A stretch of DNA of 64,000 nucleotides from Ascidiella aspersa. Taxonomy: Eukaryota. How positions within the stretch are numbered: position 1 is the stretch's first letter; the number at the start of each line of letters is the position of its first letter. Positions 16,201 to 26,813 of the stretch are shown in pieces. The stretch spans positions 26,598,001 through 26,662,000 of the forward strand of contig OZ004611.1 in assembly GCA_963924565.1 (NCBI GenBank), written 5' to 3'. The notes beneath the pieces are model-generated. The model saw only the letters and a list, made by a program, of their open reading frames with translations. It was not told the DNA's origin and did not search any database. A program made the translations under genes and the position numbers.

Positions 16201-19200
16201 ATTCTTAAGCGTTTAAAAGTTGAGTTGCCTATTTGATGAAATAATAATAATATTATTATTATTTTTGTTAATTTTGGGATCTAAGCCTGCTCCAACATTG
16301 CTAGTTGTTGATCTCTTCTCCATATCGTAAGATTCAAGCAAAACCACAAAGGTTGTAAAAGAGATCCAAAAACAACTTTATTCAACAAAAGCAGAATACT
16401 ATAGTTACGATGCTTTTTGCGTAACTATAGTATTCTGCTTTTGTTGAATAAAGTCGTTTTTGGATCTCTTTTACAACCTTTGTGGTTTTGCTTGAGTTGC
16501 CTATGTTGTTCATTTTCTATACTTTGATAAATTTAACTTTCAAGGTAGAATAGCTGTTTTTAATCGCAAAAAAAGACTAAAAATCGTCTATTCAGTATCG
16601 GATCGGCTTCTATATCAATGCAGTATCGGCCTGGTACCATACTACCACTGGGAATCGGTTATCGGATCTAATCCGATATTATTGGACATCCTTAAACTTA
16701 GACATAAGTACACCTATGTACTGCAATTGTTCTCCGTTACAAAATTTCCGAAGAAATGTAACGCAATTGCTGGTCTTCAAGTTGCAATTATAATCGCTAA
16801 AATAATGATTTCAAATATTACGAGTCTTTAGAATCGGAAATACTGTGAGCAAGCAAATCATTTTAAACAAACACTGTGTACATTTTGGTGCGAGCCTTCA
16901 AACTGAGCAGCTTCATCAACGAGAATATATTTTCTCCACAGTATTGTTCGTACAGTGGAATAGAATGCTTAGTGCGTTCCAATTTAAGAATTACTTGCCA
17001 ATGCAGCAGCAACGTTCGACGTGGAATGGTTACTTGTGTTATGGAGGATGGTGAGTTGAAAGTTGATTCGTTTCAATTCAAGTCAGTTTGTAATAAAGCA
17101 GTGCCCCGCAACCTGTATGCCGGGAGAACGTGTCAGGTATTCCGGGGTGTTCCGGAGGATTTTAATTGCGTTTTTTCAAGGTACTTTTATTAAGCATAGT
17201 AGAATTAACACGAAAAATGTTACTACAGGGCAAGCTTTATACCTTACACAAAAACAAGGTGTAATTTTATGAGTTTTTCTTCAAAAAAACTATCTTACGT
17301 TCAATCGCCAAAAGTCATGTGTCGAAATATTTTTTTCAACAAAATCAAAAAGCAGGGATTTGAGCGTCAAAAATATTTAACAATAGTTTTCAACCATTAC
17401 ACCAAAGCGGAAAAGGAGACTATCCGTATCAGCACCCATGAAATTCCACTGTAAAATCATTAGCATTTTTGTCCTTAAAATATCGCCTCAGCAATTGTAA
17501 AATTAATTTGGCTGCTGTTTCGAAAACAATACTAAGCAAAAAGTGCAACACACGATAACCAGATTGCATTTTCCAAATGTAAATTTAAACGCTTCAAATG
17601 TCCTCTTATCCACTACAGTAAAAGTACACAAAAAATAAGTTTATTATGGTTGTATTTTGTATTACAATTTAGTGGATTTTTGTTATTTTTTACCTTCGTA
17701 TAGGTTCAAATAAATAATTTTTGGCTGTAGGATGACCTTAGGTACGAACAGTCCTTATATTGTTTTAGTTTGGAAATTATAAGCATAGTACACCAAAATA
17801 AAATATATATATTTATGCATTTATGCTAGGACGACATGACGTTGGCTACATCAAAATCAATTTGAAACAAAAAGAAATGAATTGCTCTTAAAATGTATTT
17901 AGGCACCAGTTTTCCCAATAAATTCAACTTAAAATTTCTCTTGTACACCGAAGGCCATGGCAGATTCAACGAATGTGTCGATAAATGATTGAAGCAACAT
18001 TGAGGTTCGAACTCACGACCTCCTATCATACCGGGACCGTCGCTCTACCAACTGTGCTACACAGGCTCAGAGAGGACGAGTCAAGTAAAACATAAGCCAG
18101 TGCCAATTTCTGTTAGTACAAGCAACTTCACATTGAGGTGGATCTACAGTCCCATATTAATTTTTTTCCTACTATTTTTCTAGAATTGGTAAACGAGTGC
18201 GGAACCCTGAGTAATCCCTGTAATGGTGGAAGTTGCACCGATTTGCAAAAAGGTTTTAAGTGTTCTTGTGGAGGGGGTAGAAGCGGTCCGAGATGTGAAA
18301 TACGAAACCCGTGTTATAGAAATGTAAGTTCCTTTGCATCTGTCTGGTATCGTCCGAAATAACCTATCTAAAGAAGTTAACATTTTATTAAGTTGAACAT
18401 GGTACTGTTACTACTACCCATACTAGGAGACTAAAGCGCAAGATGTCTTTCTAAGAAAATGCCTGCAAGACAATTTGATCGCAACACGCTTTTTGTCTTC
18501 TTTCAGTCGTGCAATGGCCGTGGCACCTGCACTGGAATCAGCAATACGGAGTACCGCTGCACTTGCAACACCGGTTATGAGGGAAAAAACTGTGAACATA
18601 GGAGCCGTGACACATCGTCACCAGGTTTTCGAAAAAAATCAGCTTAATGTTTCTTATCTTTAATTGATATTTTTCACCCAAGCATAAATAAGCTTTACCG
18701 TCCGTTTTATATTGGAAGTAGCTTATCGCCGTATACACCAATTATTATTAGTGTTCATTAGAGCGATTATTTTTTTATTTTTTTGAAAATGTCAATCTTT
18801 ACATGTAAGGTGAAAATTTGTCAAAATCCATTACAAAATAAATTAGAATAGTTTTGAATATTACGAAAAACCATACATTGAGCTTTTTAGAAATTGTAGG
18901 TGAGTAAAATTGTTTTTAGCAACAACATTATAACTGTGTTAAATCTTTATGAGAGCAACATATCGCGTACGCAAGCCGGCAGAATTCACAACGTATAGGC
19001 CTAGTTTATCAACTGTTCAACGATAAATGATTTGTCAACGCTTTTACGAAAGCTGGTCGCTATTTGTTGTCCAAAAATGTTTTACCTGGCTAGTTTGTGT
19101 TACACAGTAACGCTTACAATTACAGGCGCTCCTTGTAAAGTCTATTGTACAATGACCGGCATGAAGGTGACGTGCGAGCCCAGCAAGCTGCCAGCCGTTG

Positions 19201-22200
19201 CTCGTTCCGCGCCGCTTTACGCAAGGATCGCAGAACCACTCTACAACTGTACGTGTACCTTTCCACCAGAAACGAAGCCTTACCGAAACTACGATAATAG
19301 ATACTACCGCCCACGAACAGACGCCAACGGACGCCATTATCGATGGGAAGAAAGACGAAAACAGTGCGTCCTTCCATTCGACGAATGCGGAACTAAGATG
19401 CAGGTTAACGGGACTTGAAATTAGCGTTGTAGGCAGACTTGGACGGCTACATAATTCTAGTTTTATAATTCACTGAATTAGAGCAAAATGCAGCTAATTT
19501 TAATTCTAATCTAAATTGTGAATTGCTGGTGTGCTCTAATTCTAGCTCTAATTTTAATTCTAATCTAATTTAAGAAAGCTGATATAAATCTAGATGTCTA
19601 AGTCTGGTTGTTGTTTGTTCCTGTACTTAACTTCCAAAACTTATAAACTATGATGGCATTCCTAAAAATGATAATGCAATACGACATTGTTAAAAAAACA
19701 ATATTCATAATTCCCGCTAAATAAATAATGTAGCATTCATTACAAATTATTATTAAAGACGAATTGACAAGGAAAGACACTTTCTCAAACCGACTTTGCA
19801 GCCGCCCTGCTTATAAACTGCAGTACAACTCACAGTTCCAATATTACCGATGTATCTAAAAAAGGTTCAAGGTTTTGGGAAATGTGTGTCCAACTTTATT
19901 TCAAATTTAATCATAATGTTACATATATATATGAATTTATTTTCTGACATTTTTATGCGAATGTTAAAACGAATATAAACCATACTGAAGTGATTTCTAC
20001 ATTAGTTAAATATTTGTATATCGGACAACAAAAATGTTCTGTTTACTAACATTCAAATTTTAAAGGCTGTGTAAAGTTATAAATTAAAAGGAGTTTAGAG
20101 TTAAAAGTTTGAGCAGACGCGGTATAAGGAATTATTACAATGCGATTAAAAAAGGCTATTACTTTTGGACAGGTTGAAAGTGGAGAAATCGTTTACCACA
20201 ACATCTTGTCGTTGTACGAATTCGCATTGAAGCAACGTACACCGGAAGCATGGGAACAAGATATCCTCATTACAAGAAAGCGAGCAAAATTTGAGGTATA
20301 GAGACCGGTTGAACTTATTGTTGAGTAAAAATTATACCTCTATTTCCAACCTTTGTTGCCTGATTAAAAATTAGACTAAAGACTAAAATTAGGATAGCTA
20401 AATATCAATTGTGTGACCCATTGTTATTTAGACATACGTAACAGTTCGTCAGATTTAAATGACATCTTAATATGTATAAAGTTGTACGTTTTAATTGCAG
20501 ATTATAGTTACGACATCAAAAGGGAAAGCACATTTTTACTTTCATTGATGGTTATTTGTTTATTCCACTTAAAATAAAGTGTTTTTATATACCAAAGATC
20601 CAAGTGCAATGCAATGTTCCCACCAATTTAAAGAGCATTTGGAAAGCAATCGACAGCAAGGATTTGGATCCAACTGACAACTACGAAATAGTGGCAAACT
20701 CTTCAACAGGAAATAACTCTCTTACAATAAGCTATTATAGGTAATGCAACATGTGTTCAAAGTCAAGTGTATAAGCAACCACATGGAATGTAAACAGCAT
20801 ACTATTTGCTGTGGTACGGAACTGACGATAATACGAGATGTGTGCGTTTAACACGAGGGCAAACACCTTGACTCTTTTTATCAGGTTGAATGCAATTAAC
20901 AACACTCTGCAGCCGATAACAAATTTTCTCATTGGAGGAAGAATCTATGTACTGGTGAGTTTTAAGTTTGGTTTCCGCGTCAATGCCTTTAAAAAACGAA
21001 CCTTGTTAGTGCCCTAATATTTTTCACAAAATAATATCGCAATTCGCAGAAACTAATGATTTTTTAAATCTCCCACTCCAAAAAAGTAACAACAGACGAA
21101 GTTCAGAAGTTGAATTTTTTAGGTTCGACTGTCCTTGGAATACAACGAAAACGCCGATTTGAAGGGACAAGAACTTACACTCAGAAACTGCTACGCGACA
21201 GCATCTATGGACAAACAGCACGAGCCGCTGTATTACCTGCTTGAAAATGGGTAAAAGGAAGACTTTACTGTGCTTCAATGCGACACGAAATCAATTTATT
21301 TTAAAAATTGAGTCGGGCGGTTTACTACAAAACATTTAACAGAAAATAGTTATTTCATTATTAAAATAACCTACTTTTAAAAAAATATAAAACTTTGGGG
21401 ATGAATTACAAAAGACACCCTTATATAATTATGTATATTCAAACATTTAATGTGTTCTAATGTTAATAATAATACCCGTGGTATTATGGATTGCTACTGG
21501 TTTGATGCTGTGAAGACTCTAAAGCATATATAAACCAAGCAATTGTGTAGTCAATTTATTATTACAAATATATAATTCAACGTTGACCCAATGGAACATG
21601 TTTTTTCTTGTTTCAGTTGCGTGAAAGACCAAACATTTAGATATGAGAACGACTTGCTACAGGAACAAAACAGCTATACATTCACTGATTTTTATTTTAA
21701 GACTTTGATCAGTTTCGAAGCATTTAGGTTTAAAGACGACTTATCAAAGGTATCACAATTTCATTTACAGCGAAATTATGTTTTATTTAATTGTGTTTAG
21801 TAAACTATGTAATGCTAAGGGTATAGCATTGGTCCTCCCCTTGTGGTAAAAAAAATTGGGAAAGTCACAGGTGTTTAATATTTACCGCAATCGGTTATGA
21901 ATGTTAGTATCGGTTATAGACGATAAAAGTGCCTCAATGTTAACCGCGTCGTGTGTGGCATCGTTGGCGAGGTTTAAGCAAGCGCTACACGAATTTTTTG
22001 GGTCCCAAATGTTTTTTTCCGTTAAATTTTGTGTGCTGGGTATCTTCTGCTAACCCTATTGAGGAGGGGGGAGTCGCATGGAGTTAATTTATGGCGTTAG
22101 TTGATTGCGATAGAATATTAACTTCTTATTACGGTATTGTTTTACTTTAATTAGAAATTTAGCATAATTACACTTACAACAATTAAGTAAATCGAACTTT

Positions 22201-23036
22201 ACTTTTTATTTAAACAAAATGGCCAAGTGACGCGGATGTAAACCTTGAATATTTTTGTGTAATACACAAAAGGGGATTGCGATAGGCTTAAAAGAATCAA
22301 ACTAAGTCGCAAGAACGAAAAGGTTGTTGGGAACAGCTGCCGCTTAGCATAACTGTATCGTACGAAACAAATCTGGACGTTGAATGTTGCTTCAAAATCA
22401 TTTGAACTGAGGGTAGAACAATAAGCGAGAATCAAGTAGAATTTATACCAAATGTTCAGCTTAAAAATTGACCAAAACAGACAAGGGATATTAATGTAAA
22501 AGGAAAGCAGTCTCATCGTTTATCATGTAATATCTTGAAAGTAAAAATATATCGTCCAGAAATTTACACACATTCGCAAAAGCAATGTAACTTTATTTTT
22601 TTAATATTAATGTAAGGCGATGGCAAGTCTTTATTTCAGGTGCGCCGAATCAAAAACACCACACTAGAACCGGTGATAGAAAAACGAACGAGAAAAATTG
22701 GAGAAAGGCAAACATAACGCTTTGATAAATCCTGGTCGGTGTAGTGTTGCTTAACATATTTATATATATATGTTCAACCTGAAGGTAGTCCGAAAGAAAT
22801 GGATTTCAAACGCAGTTTTTATTTTTTCCGATATTTAGGTGTTTATTCAAGCCGAAGCGGACATATGTTCTAAGACTTCGAACTGTAACTCATGTAATAG
22901 CGCTGAATCCCCTCAAAGAAAGAAGAGAAACGTGATGCTTGGATCGCAAAAGCCTCATGTTGGGAGTTCACAGTTTAACACCCAAGCAGATGAAGGAGTG
23001 GGAGTACTGGGCTCTATTCAATGGAATGATATTTAG
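10268..23036 (+). CDS. EGF-ZP gene A: secreted protein with signal peptide, 6 EGF-like repeats and ZP module (about 648 aa)
   Basis: 14 phase-compatible exons: 10268-10328, 10723-10879, 14759-14892, 15515-15669, 16942-17050, 18184-18323, 18507-18624, 19126-19403, 20173-20295, 20598-20740, 20885-20954, 21123-21250, 21617-21749, 22839-23036. Signal peptide MAGYLHLTVLAIFTFLAVCDG; six 6-Cys EGF repeats; ZP hallmarks ECGT, IVYHN, ITR, LRNCYAT, YYLLENGC, FEAFRF; furin site RKKR; hydrophobic-patch-like VGVLGSIQW. Confidence 0.88.
11311..12008. mobile_element. Degenerate hAT-type MITE in gene A intron 2
   Basis: Left end cagaagtgtccaaaacctgtgggtgcgacccc, right end ggggtcgcc...aaaaaggttggaggccactg. 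TSD not clear. Confidence 0.5.
12745..13494. mobile_element. Non-autonomous hAT (Charlie/Buster-like) element, 750 bp
   Basis: TIRs caggggtcggcaac / gttgccgacccctg; gtttaaac on both flanks (left copy offset by cat). A second family member lies inverted at 25369-26122. Confidence 0.85.
16334..16495. repeat. Near-perfect fold-back palindrome (76-bp arms, 10-nt loop) in gene A intron 4
   Basis: 16334-16409 is the reverse complement of 16420-16495 with one mismatch. Confidence 0.95.
17870..18066 (-). mobile_element. tRNA-derived SINE (head 18001-18066; 3' extent uncertain)
   Basis: Minus strand reads gcctgtgTAGCACAGTTGGtagagcg...gtgaGTTCGAACCtca, giving Pol III A and B boxes. There is no 3' acceptor-stem strand, so it is not a tRNA. 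Confidence 0.65.
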
Positions 23037-23875
23037 TGATAATAATCCCACACAACTGTATTCATAGCTATCAAAAACCAATGGCACGCAATCAGAATCA
23101 TCAACGAAATGCATCCTTACGATTTACACTGGGTTTTTGCCTTTTTTAACAACTTTCCCCAAGTACAAAGTTTACGAGAAAAGGAATACCAACTTCATAA
23201 ATTAACGTGCTGCGCTGTTTTATGTCATTATCATAATTGATATATTTTTTGTTTATTCTGTGTTAGCAACACGAATTTCCATGGCATATTAAAAAAGCTA
23301 CATTATGAAACATTCCGAGAAGGACATAAAATGATCTTCAGCATTGCTTGATCTTATTGATATTTCATTGTCTTCATATATCGTAAACAAACACATATGC
23401 CCCTTCCTTATCGAAATGCCACAATTATAATTCAAGCAGTTGACAATTTTCTTATTCATAACCACTGCTGTCCAATACAAACATTTTTTGTACATTTAAT
23501 TTGTGTGTATTACATCTTTTATTTACTTATTGTCAATAAAAAAAGTCATCAACAAATTAATGGTGTTTTTTGACAATGATAAAAGCGCTTTCTGAAAACT
23601 GACCGAGGCCGGCAAAAATAATATTTCACCAACTGTAACAACATTTTAAACTCTAAACAAACACAGTTTGTTGGAAGTTGGATATTATATAAACAATTGC
23701 CTTCCTAAAGAATCGTCGCTTTTTATACACATAATATTAAACACGCGCGTAGAATAACAACATCTTCATTTGGTAACATTGCAGTCACAAATTTTCATGG
23801 GTTATTTCGACAACATAAAATGTTAAGATCTAATGAATGATTTGCCTTTGATTCTGACTGATGTAGTTTTACGTT

Positions 23876-24490
23876 TCTAACTCTAACTCTAACTCTAACT
23901 TAAAAATGTGCGCACATTTTGAAGGCAAAACAGTATAGACTTTCTTGTCTCAGTCAAAATCAGTCACTACAGGTTCTAGTTTATAAAAGAGAAATATATT
24001 TCGCCAATCACGGCATCATCAGTCTCTAAAAAACGAATACAAAATAATGTTAACACGTAAACCAGGTGGTGGAATTTAAAAATAATAGGAAAATAATCAT
24101 AAAACCTAGAGCAACAAACTACGCGACCAGGTTAAAAATATAAAAATATAGAAGATAAAAGTTTTATAAACTAAAACCTATAGTGACTGATTTTGACTGA
24201 GACAAGAAAGTCTATACTGTTTTGCTACCATTCGAAGTCATTGTCGTCACTAACGTGCATTAGGGCGAGGAGATATCTTCTTTTTCAAATATTCGGTTTG
24301 CATTTTGAAGGCATTTTGAAATGTGCGCACATTGTCAAAAAAAGTGCATTTTTTTTGTGCGCACATTGTTAAAAAAAGTGCGCACATTTTTGAAGGCAGT
24401 TCAAAATGTGCGCACATTGTAAAAAAAGTGCGCACATTTTGGAAGGCAGTTTAAAATGTGCGCACATTTTTTGCACATTTTTGTGCAGAT
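23876..24490. repeat. (CTCTAA)n run followed by an array of palindromic AAATGTGCGCACATTT-like units
   Basis: tctaac x4 at 23876-23900; GTGCGCACATT units at about 23905 and repeatedly at 24320-24480. Confidence 0.75.
23925..24225. mobile_element. Fold-back element with 64-bp inverted arms
   Basis: 23925-23988 is the reverse complement of 24162-24225 with about 2 mismatches. Confidence 0.8.
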
Positions 24491-25275
24491 TGTGCAAAAT
24501 AACACCACGTCCCCTGTTGGTCAATGCGTCGGTCAACGTGTTGTTGGAGTCCTCGATTTTTTGTTAAGGACATGATCAAGTAACTCAACCGAATAAGAGA
24601 AACCACTTGTAATAAACTAGATTTAAGGAAGTATATCACAACTTCCATCTAGCAATAGCCTTCTAGTATATTCAAATTTCCAGCATCTGGTTGTCCATGC
24701 GAAGTAACTGTTCTTAGTTTTGTCGCGATGAAATTACTTGTTAAACATTTCATTGGTTAAATTTTGATACTAATACTGAAGTGGGTCTAAAAAATAACCT
24801 CATTCGCGGTATAGTACAATTTTCCAAATATTGCACCACTTTACATAAATTTAATAGCAATATCATATTCAAATCCGGACAACCGACTAGATACAGGCAG
24901 TTGTTTGTTGTTGCTTAATTTGATTGATTCGATTTGGAAATACCGTTCCTATACGTATCCTCCTCTCTTGGCTTCGTGCAGCAGGATGAAGAAAATCTGC
25001 CACTAAAAACATCACACAGCACAAAAAACAAAAGTTTGTTGCCAATTAAATACGTTCGTTTTTTGGGGTTTTCTTTCTGAGGTATTTTTCTTCATACATA
25101 TCAAGTTTTGTGTTCTAACACTGTAGGCGTATAGGCGCACGAACGAAGCTTTGGCGTCACAATTCTCTTTACTTAACCTTTTATAAGCTTTACGTCAACA
25201 AAATACAAAAACGTCAATAGCATTAATGACACGGTAATTTTTAACAGACAAGTCGAATCAGTTAGTGACTTAGTC

Positions 25276-26445
25276 CAGGGTTTCCCAAACTGTGGTCCGC
25301 GACGACTGCACAGATGGTCCGTGGCGATATGACAAGACGTTAAAAAGTTACACATGCAGATTGTACAGCAGAGGTCGACAACCTACGGCCTGTAATTTTG
25401 AATGTAATTTATCCTTTGACAAACTAGACACGAGTCCATTTCTTATACATTTGGACTATTTTAACTATGTAAGTGCGAAAAATTTTCGCGCTTTGCGTTA
25501 ACGATCTTTATACATCAGGTTTGTTTACGTTATTATGCAACTAGATTAGCGCATCTTGCGCTGTGGAAGACTGACTGCCAAGTGCCAAAGTGTGTCGCGT
25601 ACAAACGGAAAACGGTCTCAAAAATATTGGACATACGTTTTTAATTTTTATTTTTGAAATGTAATAAAAATTTAAAAATTCCGGTATACCCCCCAAAAAT
25701 TGAAATGTAATAAAAACTTGAAAATTCCGGTATACCCCCAAAAAATCGCGCTCGCTTCGCTCGCCAGGTGCGCCCCTAATTAAATACAGTACGTCAACAA
25801 ACACTGAAATAGATTAACCATTACGGTAATCGCGTTTTCTCACAGTGGTTTCATTACACTTTTCAATGTGAATAACGACGTGTGAACTCGAATTTTCAAC
25901 CTAACAAACGCTTTTTGTCCCGCTTTGCGCCAACACTTTACTGCCTCCTTAAAAGTAATTAAACACGATTTTGAGTGCCAAAACATATCCTAAGCCCGCC
26001 TGATTATAACAGTTGTTCTAACATTTTAACAACATAATTCGTAATTAACATTTTGTGCGTCCCGCAGAGACCTTTCTGAGTTTGGTTTTAGCCCGCTACT
26101 AGAAAAAGTTGGCCGACCCCTGTTGTACAGTATGTGTACTCTTACTGTACAACAGGGGTCGGCCAACTTTTTTTCAAAGATAATTAAATTGCCGCAGTTA
26201 TTCACAACTTTTTGATTTCGAAAGCTTTTGCTATCCAGTATCGTAAATCCTACTTGTTGCGCTTTGAAATTACGATGAATTAATGATTTAAGCAGAGGGA
26301 AGCAATCTTATCCGTCCCACTGATGTTGTCAGTTTTGTAAATATCTAAAATTTGGTTTTATTTTTTTTTTGCTTTGTATGGCGGTCAGCGAAAAAACAGA
26401 TTCACAAATAGTGGTCCGTGGTCCAAAAAAGATTGGGAAACCCTG
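25276..26445. mobile_element. Outer hAT-type MITE hosting a nested element
   Basis: TIRs cagggtttcccaa / ttgggaaaccctg; 8-bp TSD acttagtc (25268-25275 and 26446-26453). Confidence 0.85.
25369..26122. mobile_element. Inner hAT element, same family as 12745-13494, inverted
   Basis: TIRs cagaggtcgacaac / gttggccgacccctg; TSD ttgtacag (25361-25368 and 26123-26130); internal sequence is the reverse complement of 12745-13420. Confidence 0.85.
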
Positions 26446-26813
26446 ACTTAGTCAATTAAGGATTTTTAAGCAAGCCAGTCTGGAAGAACAATAGCCTTAC
26501 GACCTGGGCCATGCCGGGCCCGCCGACCTACCTATACCAATCGACACAGGTTCAGACGTGAACAGGTCTAGAAACAACCTTAACATGCATTGCTTTTAAA
26601 CTGCACCACTTTTCATACTTTTAATAGCAATACATCATTAAAATTCTGAATACCGACTAGATGCAAGCATATGTTTGTTGTTGTTTAATTTGATTGATTA
26701 CCGTTCTTATACGTATCCTCTTCTCGTGGCTTCGTGCAGAAGGCAGAAAAAAATTTGCCACTAAAAAACATCACAAACTGTGATATCGCATCATTGGTTG
26801 CGAAACCACAGTC

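Larger units (their letters stand above)
24832..26596 (+). pseudogene. Relic EGF-ZP copy: duplicated promoter/5' UTR fused to intron-2 fragments, no coding exons
   Basis: 24832-25016 matches the gene B upstream region 26602-26775. 25025-25265 and 26455-26596 match gene B intron 2 (about 28405-28740) and gene C intron 2. Confidence 0.7.

Noticed and set aside
18001-18066. tRNA gene on the minus strand
   Set aside because: A and B boxes are present, but there is no 3' acceptor-stem complement and no clean anticodon arm. Treated as a SINE head.
10723-18624. Calling the EGF exons Notch, Delta or fibropellin
   Set aside because: No DSL, LNR, ankyrin, CUB or avidin domain. The EGFs splice in frame into a ZP module.
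14526-19476. Minus-strand ORFs overlapping EGF-ZP exons (similar ones overlap ZEB and the LDLa gene)
   Set aside because: Antisense shadows of GC-richer coding exons, with no independent gene structure.
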